Assembly (NCBI GenBank): GCA_010015805.1
Contig: ML978126.1
Coordinates: 124,001-188,000 of the forward strand
Length of the DNA: 64,000 nt
Direction: 5' to 3'
Origin: Rhizodiscina lignyota
Taxonomy: Eukaryota
A model generated the notes under the pieces. It saw only the letters and a list, made by a program, of their open reading frames with translations, was not told where the DNA came from and did no database searches. This document shows, piece by piece, positions 62,739-64,000 of the stretch (position 1 is its first letter; every line of letters starts with the position of its first letter). The translations under genes were made by a program, and so were the position numbers.

Positions 62739-63165
62739 TGTGCTTTCACTCGAATGAGACAGTGAAGATCTGTTACTCGTCTGAAGAGTCCGGTCTCTGG
62801 GTCCGGTCGTAGAATATTAGGTAGGCAGTGATAGAGTGACGAGTGAGGAAGAAAATGAGAGATGGAAAGGGAAATTGAGGAGAGGAGAGAAGTGATGCTC
62901 TTATATATCCTCAGCTGAATACACCGAAGACTGCATTGCCGATCGAGCTCCATACTTATGCTTAGTTAGGAAACAATGAGATTAAAAAGTGAGCTGTCAC
63001 CGAATCGAGATGGTTAGATCAAGATCCGTAGAGATGCCGCTTTCACGACGCACACTCTCGCGGTTTCACACACATAAAAAATATAACTACACAAATGAAC
63101 GCCCAATTCGCTATGCAACCATGCAACCATGCCATTCATGCAAAACCCACTCCAAACTTCACCCA

Positions 63166-64000
63166 TCAATACACCGAGCACTCAACGCTGGCCCTCAAAA
63201 ACGCCTCAGAGAAGAAGCGCTGCATCGCGGCAAAGTGAAACAGGATGCCCCCGATGACCGCCAGATGCCACAGGTTGTGGCTGCTGCCCACAAAGTCCGT
63301 GATTCCGCCGGGACACCAGCGCTCGGGGATTTTCGCCGCGTAAATGCACGCACCGGAAACGTACACGACAAGGCTCATCGTGATGGGGGAGTAGAAGTGC
63401 CACGCCCACGTGATGCCCCGCGTGTGCACGAGCTGGGCGACTGGGAGGAAGCCGGTGCAGGCAAGAGTGACGTAGAAGCCTACTCTCGCCCAGCTCATGT
63501 CCGCACGGTTGAAAGTGGGGTTCCATGGTAATACACATCCGGCAACGGAGAAGAATCCAGTGGTCAGGAGGTATACCCACCGGCTGACTGGCTCGCAGTA
63601 AAACGCGCAGTATTCGGTCGTCATGATTGAAGCGCCGACAAGGAGCGAGATGCCAGTGTAGTCGACGCAGGCGAAGCGTTCCATGAGCGATTGCTCGGAT
63701 ATCGAGTTGAAGGTGTGCCACATGATGCTGCAGACGAGGCACTTGCAAGCTGCGAAGAAGAAGACAGCGGCGATGAAGACGTCGGAGCGCGTTGAGATGC
63801 TGAAGTTTGCGGAGGTGGGGTAGAAGTAGAAGGCCACGGCCAGGACGACGATAAGGCCAATCGCGTGAGTCCATATGTTGAGCAGTTCGTTGTGCACCCC
63901 AAACACGGACCAAAGGCACTCAACCTTTTTGGAGTGGAAGCGGTAGCCGCGCATGATGTGGGGATTGATTCTCCACGGGACGGGTATCTCGTCGAGGTTG
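63166..64000 (-). CDS. PAQR/hemolysin-III (IZH-type) membrane protein, partial (5' end off window)
   Basis: PWRINPHIMRGYRF, HNELLNIWTH, SIMWH, DYTGI, PERW, SHNLWH motifs. Confidence 0.93.
   Translation of the reverse strand, partial: NLDEIPVPWRINPHIMRGYRFHSKKVECLWSVFGVHNELLNIWTHAIGLIVVLAVAFYFYPTSANFSISTRSDVFIAAVFFFAACKCLVCSIMWHTFNSISEQSLMERFACVDYTGISLLVGASIMTTEYCAFYCEPVSRWVYLLTTGFFSVAGCVLPWNPTFNRADMSWARVGFYVTLACTGFLPVAQLVHTRGITWAWHFYSPITMSLVVYVSGACIYAAKIPERWCPGGITDFVGSSHNLWHLAVIGGILFHFAAMQRFFSEAFLRASVECSVY

Overview
Gene-dense, intron-containing eukaryotic DNA from a filamentous ascomycete (Pezizomycotina-like introns with GT..CTRAC..AG signals). About 30 genes can be read. The left third is catabolic/accessory: a partial P450, an AlcR-type Zn2Cys6 regulator, a serine beta-lactamase-fold esterase divergent from a type I Baeyer-Villiger monooxygenase, an alpha/beta hydrolase, an A-T-R (NRPS-like) reductase and two small secreted proteins. 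The rest mixes housekeeping genes (ATP19, Csm1/Pcs1, Cuz1/ZFAND1-like, DPH4, Mug190-like, PAQR) with transporters, hydrolases, an ADH and several RIP-like decayed relics. Best finding: the esterase/BVMO shared promoter carries a perfect AlcR-type inverted repeat (TGCGG-N2-CCGCA) plus further half-sites and CreA motifs, about 3.3 kb from the start codon of an alcR-like gene. This suggests a compact AlcR-controlled ketone -> ester -> alcohol module. A second perfect site lies upstream of a sugar-porter gene. All identifications are by eye from motifs; no database searches were run, and multi-exon genes are given as outer spans.
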